Source of the DNA: Euprymna scolopes | Lineage: Eukaryota | Direction: 5' to 3' (one strand) | Assembly (NCBI GenBank): GCA_053919585.1 | Contig: CM132827.1 | Length of the DNA stretch: 64,000 nucleotides | Shown: in pieces, positions 52,301 through 64,000 of the stretch | Numbering within the stretch: position 1 is the first letter of the stretch | Layout: each line of letters begins with the position of its first letter | Notes under the pieces: generated by a model | What the model was told of the DNA's origin: nothing | Database searches by the model: none | The model's input: only the letters and a program-made list of their open reading frames with translations | Program-made: the position numbers and the translations under genes

Positions 52301-55300
52301 AATTTTAACAGCAGAGCATTGAGATTTAGAATTCAATTTTAACAGCAGAGCATTGAGATTTAGAATTCAATTTTAACAGCAGAGCATTGAGATTTAGAAT
52401 TCAATTTTAACAGCAGAGCATTGAGATTTAGAATTCAATTTTAACAGCAGAGCATTGAGATTTAGAATTCAATTTTAACAGCAGAGCATTGAGATTTAGA
52501 ATTCAATTTTAACAGCAGAGCATTGAGATTTAGAATTCAATTTTAACAGCAGAGCATTGAGATTTAGAATTCAATTTTAACAGCAGAGCATTGAGATTTA
52601 GAATTCAATTTTAACAGCAGAGCATTGAGATTTAGAATTCAATTTTAACAGCAGAGCATTGAGATTTAGAATTCAATTTTAACAGCAGAGCATTGAGATT
52701 TAGAATTCAATTTTAACAGCAGAGCATTGAGATTTAGAATTCAATTTTAACAGCAGAGCATTGAGATTTAGAATTCAATTTTAACAGCAGAGCATTGAGA
52801 TTTAGAATTCAATTTTAACAGCAGAGCATTGAGATTTAGAATTCAATTTTAACAGCAGAGCATTGAGATTTAGAATTCAATTTTAACAGCAGAGCATTGA
52901 GATTTAGAATTCAATTTTAACAGCAGAGCATTGAGATTTAGAATTCAATTTTAACAGCAGAGCATTGAGATTTAGAATTCAATTTTAACAGCAGAGCATT
53001 GAGATTTAGAATTCAATTTTAACAGCAGAGCATTGAGATTTAGAATTCAATTTTAACAGCAGAGCATTGAGATTTAGAATTCAATTTTAACAGCAGAGCA
53101 TTGAGATTTAGAATTCAATTTTAACAGCAGAGCATTGAGATTTAGAATTCAATTTTAACAGCAGAGCATTGAGATTTAGAATTCAATTTTAACAGCAGAG
53201 CATTGAGATTTAGAATTCAATTTTAACAGCAGAGCATTGAGATTTAGAATTCAATTTTAACAGCAGAGCATTGAGATTTAGAATTCAATTTTAACAGCAG
53301 AGCATTGAGATTTAGAATTCAATTTTAACAGCAGAGCATTGAGATTTAGAATTCAATTTTAACAGCAGAGCATTGAGATTTAGAATTCAATTTTAACAGC
53401 AGAGCATTGAGATTTAGAATTCAATTTTAACAGCAGAGCATTGAGATTTAGAATTCAATTTTAACAGCAGAGCATTGAGATTTAGAATTCAATTTTAACA
53501 GCAGAGCATTGAGATTTAGAATTCAATTTTAACAGCCAGAGCATTGAGATTTAGAATTCAATTTTAACAGCAGAGCATTGAGATTTAGAATTCAATTTTA
53601 ACAGCAGAGCATTGAGATTTAGAATTCAATTTTAACAGCAGAGCATTGAGATTTAGAATTCAATTTTAACAGCAGAGCATTGAGATTTAGAATTCAATTT
53701 TAACAGCAGAGCATTGAGATTTAGAATTCAATTTTAACAGCAGAGCATTGAGATTTAGAATTCAATTTTAACAGCAGAGCATTGAGATTTAGAATTCAAT
53801 TTTAACAGCAGAGCATTGAGATTTAGAATTCAATTTTAACAGCAGAGCATTGAGATTTAGAATTCAATTTTAACAGCAGAGCATTGAGATTTAGAATTCA
53901 ATTTTAACAGCAGAGCATTGAGATTTAGAATTCAATTTTAACAGCAGAGCATTGAGATTTAGAATTCAATTTTAACAGCAGAGCATTGAGATTTAGAATT
54001 CAATTTTAACAGCAGAGCATTGAGATTTAGAATTCAATTTTAACAGCAGAGCATTGAGATTTAGAATTCAATTTTAACAGCAGAGCATTGAGATTTAGAA
54101 TTCAATTTTAACAGCAGAGCATTGAGATTTAGAATTCAATTTTAACAGCAGAGCATTGAGATTTAGAATTCAATTTTAACAGCAGAGCATTGAGATTTAG
54201 AATTCAATTTTAACAGCAGAGCATTGAGATTTAGAATTCAATTTTAACAGCAGAGCATTGAGATTTAGAATTCAATTTTAACAGCAGAGCATTGAGATTT
54301 AGAATTCAATTTTAACAGCAGAGCATTGAGATTTAGAATTCAATTTTAACAGCAGAGCATTGAGATTTAGAATTCAATTTTAACAGCAGAGCATTGAGAT
54401 TTAGAATTCAATTTTAACAGCAGAGCATTGAGATTTAGAATTCAATTTTAACAGCAGAGCATTGAGATTTAGAATTCAATTTTAACAGCAGAGCATTGAG
54501 ATTTAGAATTCAATTTTAACAGCAGAGCATTGAGATTTAGAATTCAATTTTAACAGCAGAGCATTGAGATTTAGAATTCAATTTTAACAGCAGAGCATTG
54601 AGATTTAGAATTCAATTTTAACAGCAGAGCATTGAGATTTAGAATTCAATTTTAACAGCAGAGCATTGAGATTTAGAATTCAATTTTAACAGCAGAGCAT
54701 TGAGATTTAGAATTCAATTTTAACAGCAGAGCATTGAGATTTAGAATTCAATTTTAACAGCAGAGCATTGAGATTTAGAATTCAATTTTAACAGCAGAGC
54801 ATTGAGATTTAGAATTCAATTTTAACAGCAGAGCATTGAGATTTAGAATTCAATTTTAACAGCAGAGCATTGAGATTTAGAATTCAATTTTAACAGCAGA
54901 GCATTGAGATTTAGAATTCAATTTTAACAGCAGAGCATTGAGATTTAGAATTCAATTTTAACAGCAGAGCATTGAGATTTAGAATTCAATTTTAACAGCA
55001 GAGCATTGAGATTTAGAATTCAATTTTAACAGCAGAGCATTGAGATTTAGAATTCAATTTTAACAGCAGAGCATTGAGATTTAGAATTCAATTTTAACAG
55101 CAGAGCATTGAGATTTAGAATTCAATTTTAACAGCAGAGCATTGAGATTTAGAATTCAATTTTAACAGCAGAGCATTGAGATTTAGAATTCAATTTTAAC
55201 AGCAGAGCATTGAGATTTAGAATTCAATTTTAACAGCAGAGCATTGAGATTTAGAATTCAATTTTAACAGCAGAGCATTGAGATTTAGAATTCAATTTTA

Positions 55301-58300
55301 ACAGCAGAGCATTGAGATTTAGAATTCAATTTTAACAGCAGAGCATTGAGATTTAGAATTCAATTTTAACAGCAGAGCATTGAGATTTAGAATTCAATTT
55401 TAACAGCAGAGCATTGAGATTTAGAATTCAATTTTAACAGCAGAGCATTGAGATTTAGAATTCAATTTTAACAGCAGAGCATTGAGATTTAGAATTCAAT
55501 TTTAACAGCAGAGCATTGAGATTTAGAATTCAATTTTAACAGCAGAGCATTGAGATTTAGAATTCAATTTTAACAGCAGAGCATTGAGATTTAGAATTCA
55601 ATTTTAACAGCAGAGCATTGAGATTTAGAATTCAATTTTAACAGCAGAGCATTGAGATTTAGAATTCAATTTTAACAGCAGAGCATTGAGATTTAGAATT
55701 CAATTTTAACAGCAGAGCATTGAGATTTAGAATTCAATTTTAACAGCAGAGCATTGAGATTTAGAATTCAATTTTAACAGCAGAGCATTGAGATTTAGAA
55801 TTCAATTTTAACAGCAGAGCATTGAGATTTAGAATTCAATTTTAACAGCAGAGCATTGAGATTTAGAATTCAATTTTAACAGCAGAGCATTGAGATTTAG
55901 AATTCAATTTTAACAGCAGAGCATTGAGATTTAGAATTCAATTTTAACAGCAGAGCATTGAGATTTAGAATTCAATTTTAACAGCAGAGCATTGAGATTT
56001 AGAATTCAATTTTAACAGCAGAGCATTGAGATTTAGAATTCAATTTTAACAGCAGAGCATTGAGATTTAGAATTCAATTTTAACAGCAGAGCATTGAGAT
56101 TTAGAATTCAATTTTAACAGCAGAGCATTGAGATTTAGAATTCAATTTTAACAGCAGAGCATTGAGATTTAGAATTCAATTTTAACAGCAGAGCATTGAG
56201 ATTTAGAATTCAATTTTAACAGCAGAGCATTGAGATTTAGAATTCAATTTTAACAGCAGAGCATTGAGATTTAGAATTCAATTTTAACAGCAGAGCATTG
56301 AGATTTAGAATTCAATTTTAACAGCAGAGCATTGAGATTTAGAATTCAATTTTAACAGCAGAGCATTGAGATTTAGAATTCAATTTTAACAGCAGAGCAT
56401 TGAGATTTAGAATTCAATTTTAACAGCAGAGCATTGAGATTTAGAATTCAATTTTAACAGCAGAGCATTGAGATTTAGAATTCAATTTTAACAGCAGAGC
56501 ATTGAGATTTAGAATTCAATTTTAACAGCAGAGCATTGAGATTTAGAATTCAATTTTAACAGCAGAGCATTGAGATTTAGAATTCAATTTTAACAGCAGA
56601 GCATTGAGATTTAGAATTCAATTTTAACAGCAGAGCATTGAGATTTAGAATTCAATTTTAACAGCAGAGCATTGAGATTTAGAATTCAATTTTAACAGCA
56701 GAGCATTGAGATTTAGAATTCAATTTTAACAGCAGAGCATTGAGATTTAGAATTCAATTTTAACAGCAGAGCATTGAGATTTAGAATTCAATTTTAACAG
56801 CAGAGCATTGAGATTTAGAATTCAATTTTAACAGCAGAGCATTGAGATTTAGAATTCAATTTTAACAGCAGAGCATTGAGATTTAGAATTCAATTTTAAC
56901 AGCAGAGCATTGAGATTTAGAATTCAATTTTAACAGCAGAGCATTGAGATTTAGAATTCAATTTTAACAGCAGAGCATTGAGATTTAGAATTCAATTTTA
57001 ACAGCAGAGCATTGAGATTTAGAATTCAATTTTAACAGCAGAGCATTGAGATTTAGAATTCAATTTTAACAGCAGAGCATTGAGATTTAGAATTCAATTT
57101 TAACAGCAGAGCATTGAGATTTAGAATTCAATTTTAACAGCAGAGCATTGAGATTTAGAATTCAATTTTAACAGCAGAGCATTGAGATTTAGAATTCAAT
57201 TTTAACAGCAGAGCATTGAGATTTAGAATTCAATTTTAACAGCAGAGCATTGAGATTTAGAATTCAATTTTAACAGCAGAGCATTGAGATTTAGAATTCA
57301 ATTTTAACAGCAGAGCATTGAGATTTAGAATTCAATTTTAACAGCAGAGCATTGAGATTTAGAATTCAATTTTAACAGCAGAGCATTGAGATTTAGAATT
57401 CAATTTTAACAGCAGAGCATTGAGATTTAGAATTCAATTTTAACAGCAGAGCATTGAGATTTAGAATTCAATTTTAACAGCAGAGCATTGAGATTTAGAA
57501 TTCAATTTTAACAGCAGAGCATTGAGATTTAGAATTCAATTTTAACAGCAGAGCATTGAGATTTAGAATTCAATTTTAACAGCAGAGCATTGAGATTTAG
57601 AATTCAATTTTAACAGCAGAGCATTGAGATTTAGAATTCAATTTTAACAGCAGAGCATTGAGATTTAGAATTCAATTTTAACAGCAGAGCATTGAGATTT
57701 AGAATTCAATTTTAACAGCAGAGCATTGAGATTTAGAATTCAATTTTAACAGCAGAGCATTGAGATTTAGAATTCAATTTTAACAGCAGAGCATTGAGAT
57801 TTAGAATTCAATTTTAACAGCAGAGCATTGAGATTTAGAATTCAATTTTAACAGCAGAGCATTGAGATTTAGAATTCAATTTTAACAGCAGAGCATTGAG
57901 ATTTAGAATTCAATTTTAACAGCAGAGCATTGAGATTTAGAATTCAATTTTAACAGCAGAGCATTGAGATTTAGAATTCAATTTTAACAGCAGAGCATTG
58001 AGATTTAGAATTCAATTTTAACAGCAGAGCATTGAGATTTAGAATTCAATTTTAACAGCAGAGCATTGAGATTTAGAATTCAATTTTAACAGCAGAGCAT
58101 TGAGATTTAGAATTCAATTTTAACAGCAGAGCATTGAGATTTAGAATTCAATTTTAACAGCAGAGCATTGAGATTTAGAATTCAATTTTAACAGCAGAGC
58201 ATTGAGATTTAGAATTCAATTTTAACAGCAGAGCATTGAGATTTAGAATTCAATTTTAACAGCAGAGCATTGAGATTTAGAATTCAATTTTAACAGCAGA

Positions 58301-61300
58301 GCATTGAGATTTAGAATTCAATTTTAACAGCAGAGCATTGAGATTTAGAATTCAATTTTCAGCAGAGCATTGAGATTTAGAATTCAATTTTAACAGCAGA
58401 GCATTGAGATTTAGAATTCAATTTTAACAGCAGAGCATTGAGATTTAGAATTCAATTTTAACAGCAGAGCATTGAGATTTAGAATTCAATTTTAACAGCA
58501 GAGCATTGAGATTTAGAATTCAATTTTAACAGCAGAGCATTGAGATTTAGAATTCAATTTTAACAGCAGAGCATTGAGATTTAGAATTCAATTTTAACAG
58601 CAGAGCATTGAGATTTAGAATTCAATTTTAACAGCAGAGCATTGAGATTTAGAATTCAATTTTAACAGCAGAGCATTGAGATTTAGAATTCAATTTTAAC
58701 AGCAGAGCATTGAGATTTAGAATTCAATTTTAACAGCAGAGCATTGAGATTTAGAATTCAATTTTAACAGCAGAGCATTGAGATTTAGAATTCAATTTTA
58801 ACAGCAGAGCATTGAGATTTAGAATTCAATTTTAACAGCAGAGCATTGAGATTTAGAATTCAATTTTAACAGCAGAGCATTGAGATTTAGAATTCAATTT
58901 TAACAGCAGAGCATTGAGATTTAGAATTCAATTTTAACAGCAGAGCATTGAGATTTAGAATTCAATTTTAACAGCAGAGCATTGAGATTTAGAATTCAAT
59001 TTTAACAGCAGAGCATTGAGATTTAGAATTCAATTTTAACAGCAGAGCATTGAGATTTAGAATTCAATTTTAACAGCAGAGCATTGAGATTTAGAATTCA
59101 ATTTTAACAGCAGAGCATTGAGATTTAGAATTCAATTTTAACAGCAGAGCATTGAGATTTAGAATTCAATTTTAACAGCAGAGCATTGAGATTTAGAATT
59201 CAATTTTAACAGCAGAGCATTGAGATTTAGAATTCAATTTTAACAGCAGAGCATTGAGATTTAGAATTCAATTTTAACAGCAGAGCATTGAGATTTAGAA
59301 TTCAATTTTAACAGCAGAGCATTGAGATTTAGAATTCAATTTTAACAGCAGAGCATTGAGATTTAGAATTCAATTTTAACAGCAGAGCATTGAGATTTAG
59401 AATTCAATTTTAACAGCAGAGCATTGAGATTTAGAATTCAATTTTAACAGCAGAGCATTGAGATTTAGAATTCAATTTTAACAGCAGAGCATTGAGATTT
59501 AGAATTCAATTTTAACAGCAGAGCATTGAGATTTAGAATTCAATTTTAACAGCAGAGCATTGAGATTTAGAATTCAATTTTAACAGCAGAGCATTGAGAT
59601 TTAGAATTCAATTTTAACAGCAGAGCATTGAGATTTAGAATTCAATTTTAACAGCAGAGCATTGAGATTTAGAATTCAATTTTAACAGCAGAGCATTGAG
59701 ATTTAGAATTCAATTTTAACAGCAGAGCATTGAGATTTAGAATTCAATTTTAACAGCAGAGCATTGAGATTTAGAATTCAATTTTAACAGCAGAGCATTG
59801 AGATTTAGAATTCAATTTTAACAGCAGAGCATTGAGATTTAGAATTCAATTTTAACAGCAGAGCATTGAGATTTAGAATTCAATTTTAACAGCAGAGCAT
59901 TGAGATTTAGAATTCAATTTTAACAGCAGAGCATTGAGATTTAGAATTCAATTTTAACAGCAGAGCATTGAGATTTAGAATTCAATTTTAACAGCAGAGC
60001 ATTGAGATTTAGAATTCAATTTTAACAGCAGAGCATTGAGATTTAGAATTCAATTTTAACAGCAGAGCATTGAGATTTAGAATTCAATTTTAACAGCAGA
60101 GCATTGAGATTTAGAATTCAATTTTAACAGCAGAGCATTGAGATTTAGAATTCAATTTTAACAGCAGAGCATTGAGATTTAGAATTCAATTTTAACAGCA
60201 GAGCATTGAGATTTAGAATTCAATTTTAACAGCAGAGCATTGAGATTTAGAATTCAATTTTAACAGCAGAGCATTGAGATTTAGAATTCAATTTTAACAG
60301 CAGAGCATTGAGATTTAGAATTCAATTTTAACAGCAGAGCATTGAGATTTAGAATTCAATTTTAACAGCAGAGCATTGAGATTTAGAATTCAATTTTAAC
60401 AGCAGAGCATTGAGATTTAGAATTCAATTTTAACAGCAGAGCATTGAGATTTAGAATTCAATTTTAACAGCAGAGCATTGAGATTTAGAATTCAATTTTA
60501 ACAGCAGAGCATTGAGATTTAGAATTCAATTTTAACAGCAGAGCATTGAGATTTAGAATTCAATTTTAACAGCAGAGCATTGAGATTTAGAATTCAATTT
60601 TAACAGCAGAGCATTGAGATTTAGAATTCAATTTTAACAGCAGAGCATTGAGATTTAGAATTCAATTTTAACAGCAGAGCATTGAGATTTAGAATTCAAT
60701 TTTAACAGCAGAGCATTGAGATTTAGAATTCAATTTTAACAGCAGAGCATTGAGATTTAGAATTCAATTTTAACAGCAGAGCATTGAGATTTAGAATTCA
60801 ATTTTAACAGCAGAGCATTGAGATTTAGAATTCAATTTTAACAGCAGAGCATTGAGATTTAGAATTCAATTTTAACAGCAGAGCATTGAGATTTAGAATT
60901 CAATTTTAACAGCAGAGCATTGAGATTTAGAATTCAATTTTAACAGCAGAGCATTGAGATTTAGAATTCAATTTTAACAGCAGAGCATTGAGATTTAGAA
61001 TTCAATTTTAACAGCAGAGCATTGAGATTTAGAATTCAATTTTAACAGCAGAGCATTGAGATTTAGAATTCAATTTTAACAGCAGAGCATTGAGATTTAG
61101 AATTCAATTTTAACAGCAGAGCATTGAGATTTAGAATTCAATTTTAACAGCAGAGCATTGAGATTTAGAATTCAATTTTAACAGCAGAGCATTGAGATTT
61201 AGAATTCAATTTTAACAGCAGAGCATTGAGATTTAGAATTCAATTTTAACAGCAGAGCATTGAGATTTAGAATTCAATTTTAACAGCAGAGCATTGAGAT

Positions 61301-61523
61301 TTAGAATTCAATTTTAACAGCAGAGCATTGAGATTTAGAATTCAATTTTAACAGCAGAGCATTGAGATTTAGAATTCAATTTTAACAGCAGAGCGTTGAG
61401 ATTTAGAATTCAATTTTAACAGCAGAGCGTTGAGATTTAGAATTCAATTTTAACAGCAGAGCATTGAGATTTAGAATTCAATTTTAACAGCAGAGTGTTG
61501 AGATTTGGAGTAAAGAGTTTTTG
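34321..61523 (+). repeat. Array of 34-bp unit A (GCATTGAGATTTAGAATTCAATTTTAACAGCAGA) interspersed with 37-bp unit B (GTGTTGAGATTTGGAGTAAAGAGTTTTTGGCAGCAGA). Almost pure A from ~51295 to 61494
   Basis: Read directly. Each A unit contains an EcoRI site. Confidence 0.99.
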
Positions 61524-61908
61524 TTGAATTTAACATTTGATTGTTTTTACCACAATGTTGTAATACCTAGAAATTCTCATTAATTACCTAAACAAATTTT
61601 CTTTAAAAATAAAACTACTTGATCAATTTACATGATTTTTCGAATATGATATTTTTGTTTTGTCATAAGTACATACCTCATACAGATTTTTCTATATGGA
61701 TTTTTAATATGGGAGAATTCTGGACAAGTACCAATTTTTCTTTTGATAATCAAAAAAATTAATAGAAGTTATATGCAAAACATGAATTGGATCTTTTGAA
61801 GAGTGGTTAATTATGAAATATTTCAGGTAAGGAGACCATTTAGTTTGTCTTGTTTGAAAAACCTTTTCTTTTAACAAGGACCGCATAATTTACAGTGTCA
61901 CACATCTA

Positions 61909-62253
61909 TAAGGGACGTTCCAAAAATAATATCTATTTTTTATTCTGCTTGAATGAATCAGAGCGGTGTTGCAAATTGCATTGTTATGATGACTGAACTC
62001 CTGCATTTATGACCTGAAATTTGCATCTCTCTGTTGCAAATTTTGATAATGTGAGACTCTAAGACATACATTAGAAGCTGAGATGCATCATTGAATTCCT
62101 GTCAAAATAAGACTTGAGAATGATGGTGACTATGTAGAAAAATTAATTCTGGAGTGCAAAATATCGCTCATTTTGATATACCATTCCCATCTTCGTAGCT
62201 CTTCAATTTCTTTAGTTAAAAAATAGGAAGCTTTACTTTTGGAACGACCCACA
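61909..62253 (+). mobile_element. Internally deleted mariner-family element
   Basis: TIRs GGGACGTTCCAAAAATAA / TTACTTTTGGAACGACCC with TA on both flanks. The internal GATGGTGACTATGTAGAAAAA (DGDYVEK) resembles a mariner transposase C-terminus and follows a CIIEFL remnant resembling the N-terminus. Confidence 0.8.
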
Positions 62254-62279
62254 TAGTATCTGTTTTTTATTTATTATAG

Positions 62280-62313
62280 GAACTATGGCTCAAGTTTGGC
62301 TCAGCCGACTTAG
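62280..62313 (+). other. Candidate small exon
   Basis: Acceptor TGTTTTTTATTTATTATAG and a weak donor TAG|GTTAAT. It reads GTMAQVWLSRL if joined to the phase-1 exon at 23692. Speculative. Confidence 0.25.
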
Positions 62314-62825
62314 GTTAATGCAATAATGACATTGTTTACATAAAATAGAACTTGTTTACAAAGCTGACAAATTCCTCTAGACGACTTTTGAAATGTCTAA
62401 TTTTTCGGATATCTACTTCATCTGTTTTATTAGTGTGGCAGATGTTGTATAGTGCAGGTACGTACTGTGTAGATAGATCATGGCTGTACTAGCAATTATT
62501 CATTTCCAATTGATACAATTTATACTTATGTACTACCATGGGTTATAATGGATTTAATGCTGAAGTAATGTTTTTGATAGATTACTTAGACCAGAAATGA
62601 GAACGTTGTCAGAACTATAGGACAGACAGGACAAATGACGTTTGTGACATCTGACATGTTGGGTAATAATCACGTCCTCAGTGTTTGTATATTTAATCAA
62701 GTATAACACCAACTTAAAATTCTAGGGTGGGAGTAAACAACTGAAGAAATTGAAATTTGAGTTCTTTTAATGTTTAAGGGAAAATCTTTCATCGTCCATG
62801 TTAATTAAAATGAAGTCTCATGTTT

Positions 62826-64000
62826 GTTTATATGGATGTTGAGATGTCGAACTTAGTTTATATGGATGTTGAGATGTCGAGCTTAGTTTATATGGATGTT
62901 GAGATGTCGAGCTTAGTTTATATGGATGTTGAGATGTCGAGCTTAGTTTATATGGATGTTGAGATGTCGAGCTTAGTTTATATGGATGTTGAGATGTCGA
63001 GCTTAGTTTATATGGATGTTGAGATGTCGAGCTTAGTTTATATGGATGTTGAGATGTCGAGCTTAGTTTATATGGATGTTGAGATGTTGAGCTTAGTTTA
63101 TATGGATGTTGAGATGTCGAGCTTAGTTTATATGGATGTTGAGATGTCGAGTTTAGTTTATATGGATGTTGAGATGTCGAGCTTAGTTTATATGGATGTT
63201 GAGATGTCGAGCTTAGTTTATATGGATGTTGAGATGTTGAGCTTAGTTTATATGGATGTTGAGATGTCGAGCTTAGTTTATATGGATGTTGAGATGTCGA
63301 GCTTAGTTTATATGGATGTTGAGATGTCGAGCTTAGTTTATATGGATGTTGAGATGTCGAGCTTAGTTTATATGGATGTTGAGATGTCGAGCTTAGTTTA
63401 TATGGATGTTGAGATGTCGAGCTTAGTTTATATGGATGTTGAGATGTCGAGCTTAGTTTATATGGATGTTGAGATGTCGAGCTTAGTTTATATGGATGTT
63501 GAGATGTCGAGCTTAGTTTATATGGATGTTGAGATGTCGAGCTTAGTTTATATGGATGTTGAGATGTCGAGCTTAGTTTATATGGATGTTGAGATGTCGA
63601 GCTTAGTTTATATGGATGTTGAGATGTCGAGCTTAGTTTATATGGATGTTGAGATGTCGAGCTTAGTTTATATGGATGTTGAGATGTCGAGCTTAGTTTA
63701 TATGGATGTTGAGATGTCGAGCTTAGTTTATATGGATGTTGAGATGTCGAGCTTAGTTTATATGGATGTTGAGATGTCGAGTTTAGTTTATATGGATGTT
63801 GAGATGTCGAGCTTAGTTTATATGGATGTTGAGATGTCGAGCTTAGTTTATATGGATGTTGAGATGTCGAGCTTAGTTTATATGGATGTTGAGATGTCGA
63901 GCTTAGTTTATATGGATGTTGAGATGTCGAGCTTAGTTTATATGGATGTTGAGATGTCGAGCTTAGTTTATATGGATGTTGAGATGTCGAGCTTAGTTTA
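62826..64000 (+). repeat. 30-bp minisatellite (GCTTAGTTTATATGGATGTTGAGATGTCGA), ~39 units, continues off the right edge
   Basis: Read directly. Confidence 0.99.

Noticed and set aside
61670-61886. Coding exon near 61.7-61.8 kb (plus-strand CAG|GTAAGG at 61827, minus-strand GAG|GTATGT near 61677)
   Set aside because: Splice-like signals exist on both strands, but the plus-strand frames contain stops and no recognisable peptide results. It could be a UTR exon and cannot be supported from sequence alone.

Overview
AT-rich eukaryotic DNA, probably animal (arthropod-like is an inference). About 50 of the 64 kb is three minisatellite arrays: a 36-bp array (1-21210, open at the left edge), a 36/37/34-bp array (~33508-61523) and a 30-bp array (62826-64000, open at the right edge). 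The long ORFs in the track come from these repeats. The first array looks like an amplified exon end plus 5' splice site. Its frame (VMLDNYFYLSTK) runs up to AAA|GTAAGC at 21199 and splices in phase 0 to a terminal exon at 21666-21791, so each of the ~590 units carries a candidate donor. The unique middle section (21.2-33.5 kb) holds a probable first coding exon of a second gene, a 5S-derived SINE-like head and several nested non-autonomous DNA transposons. It also holds type I hammerhead ribozyme motifs. One is intact at 27285-27334. Two more sit in a ~409-nt tRNA-Ala-headed element arranged as tandem plus inverted copies (29607-30247), which resembles a retrozyme or Penelope-dependent element. 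An internally deleted mariner lies at 61909-62253. No CRISPR array or prokaryotic features were found.
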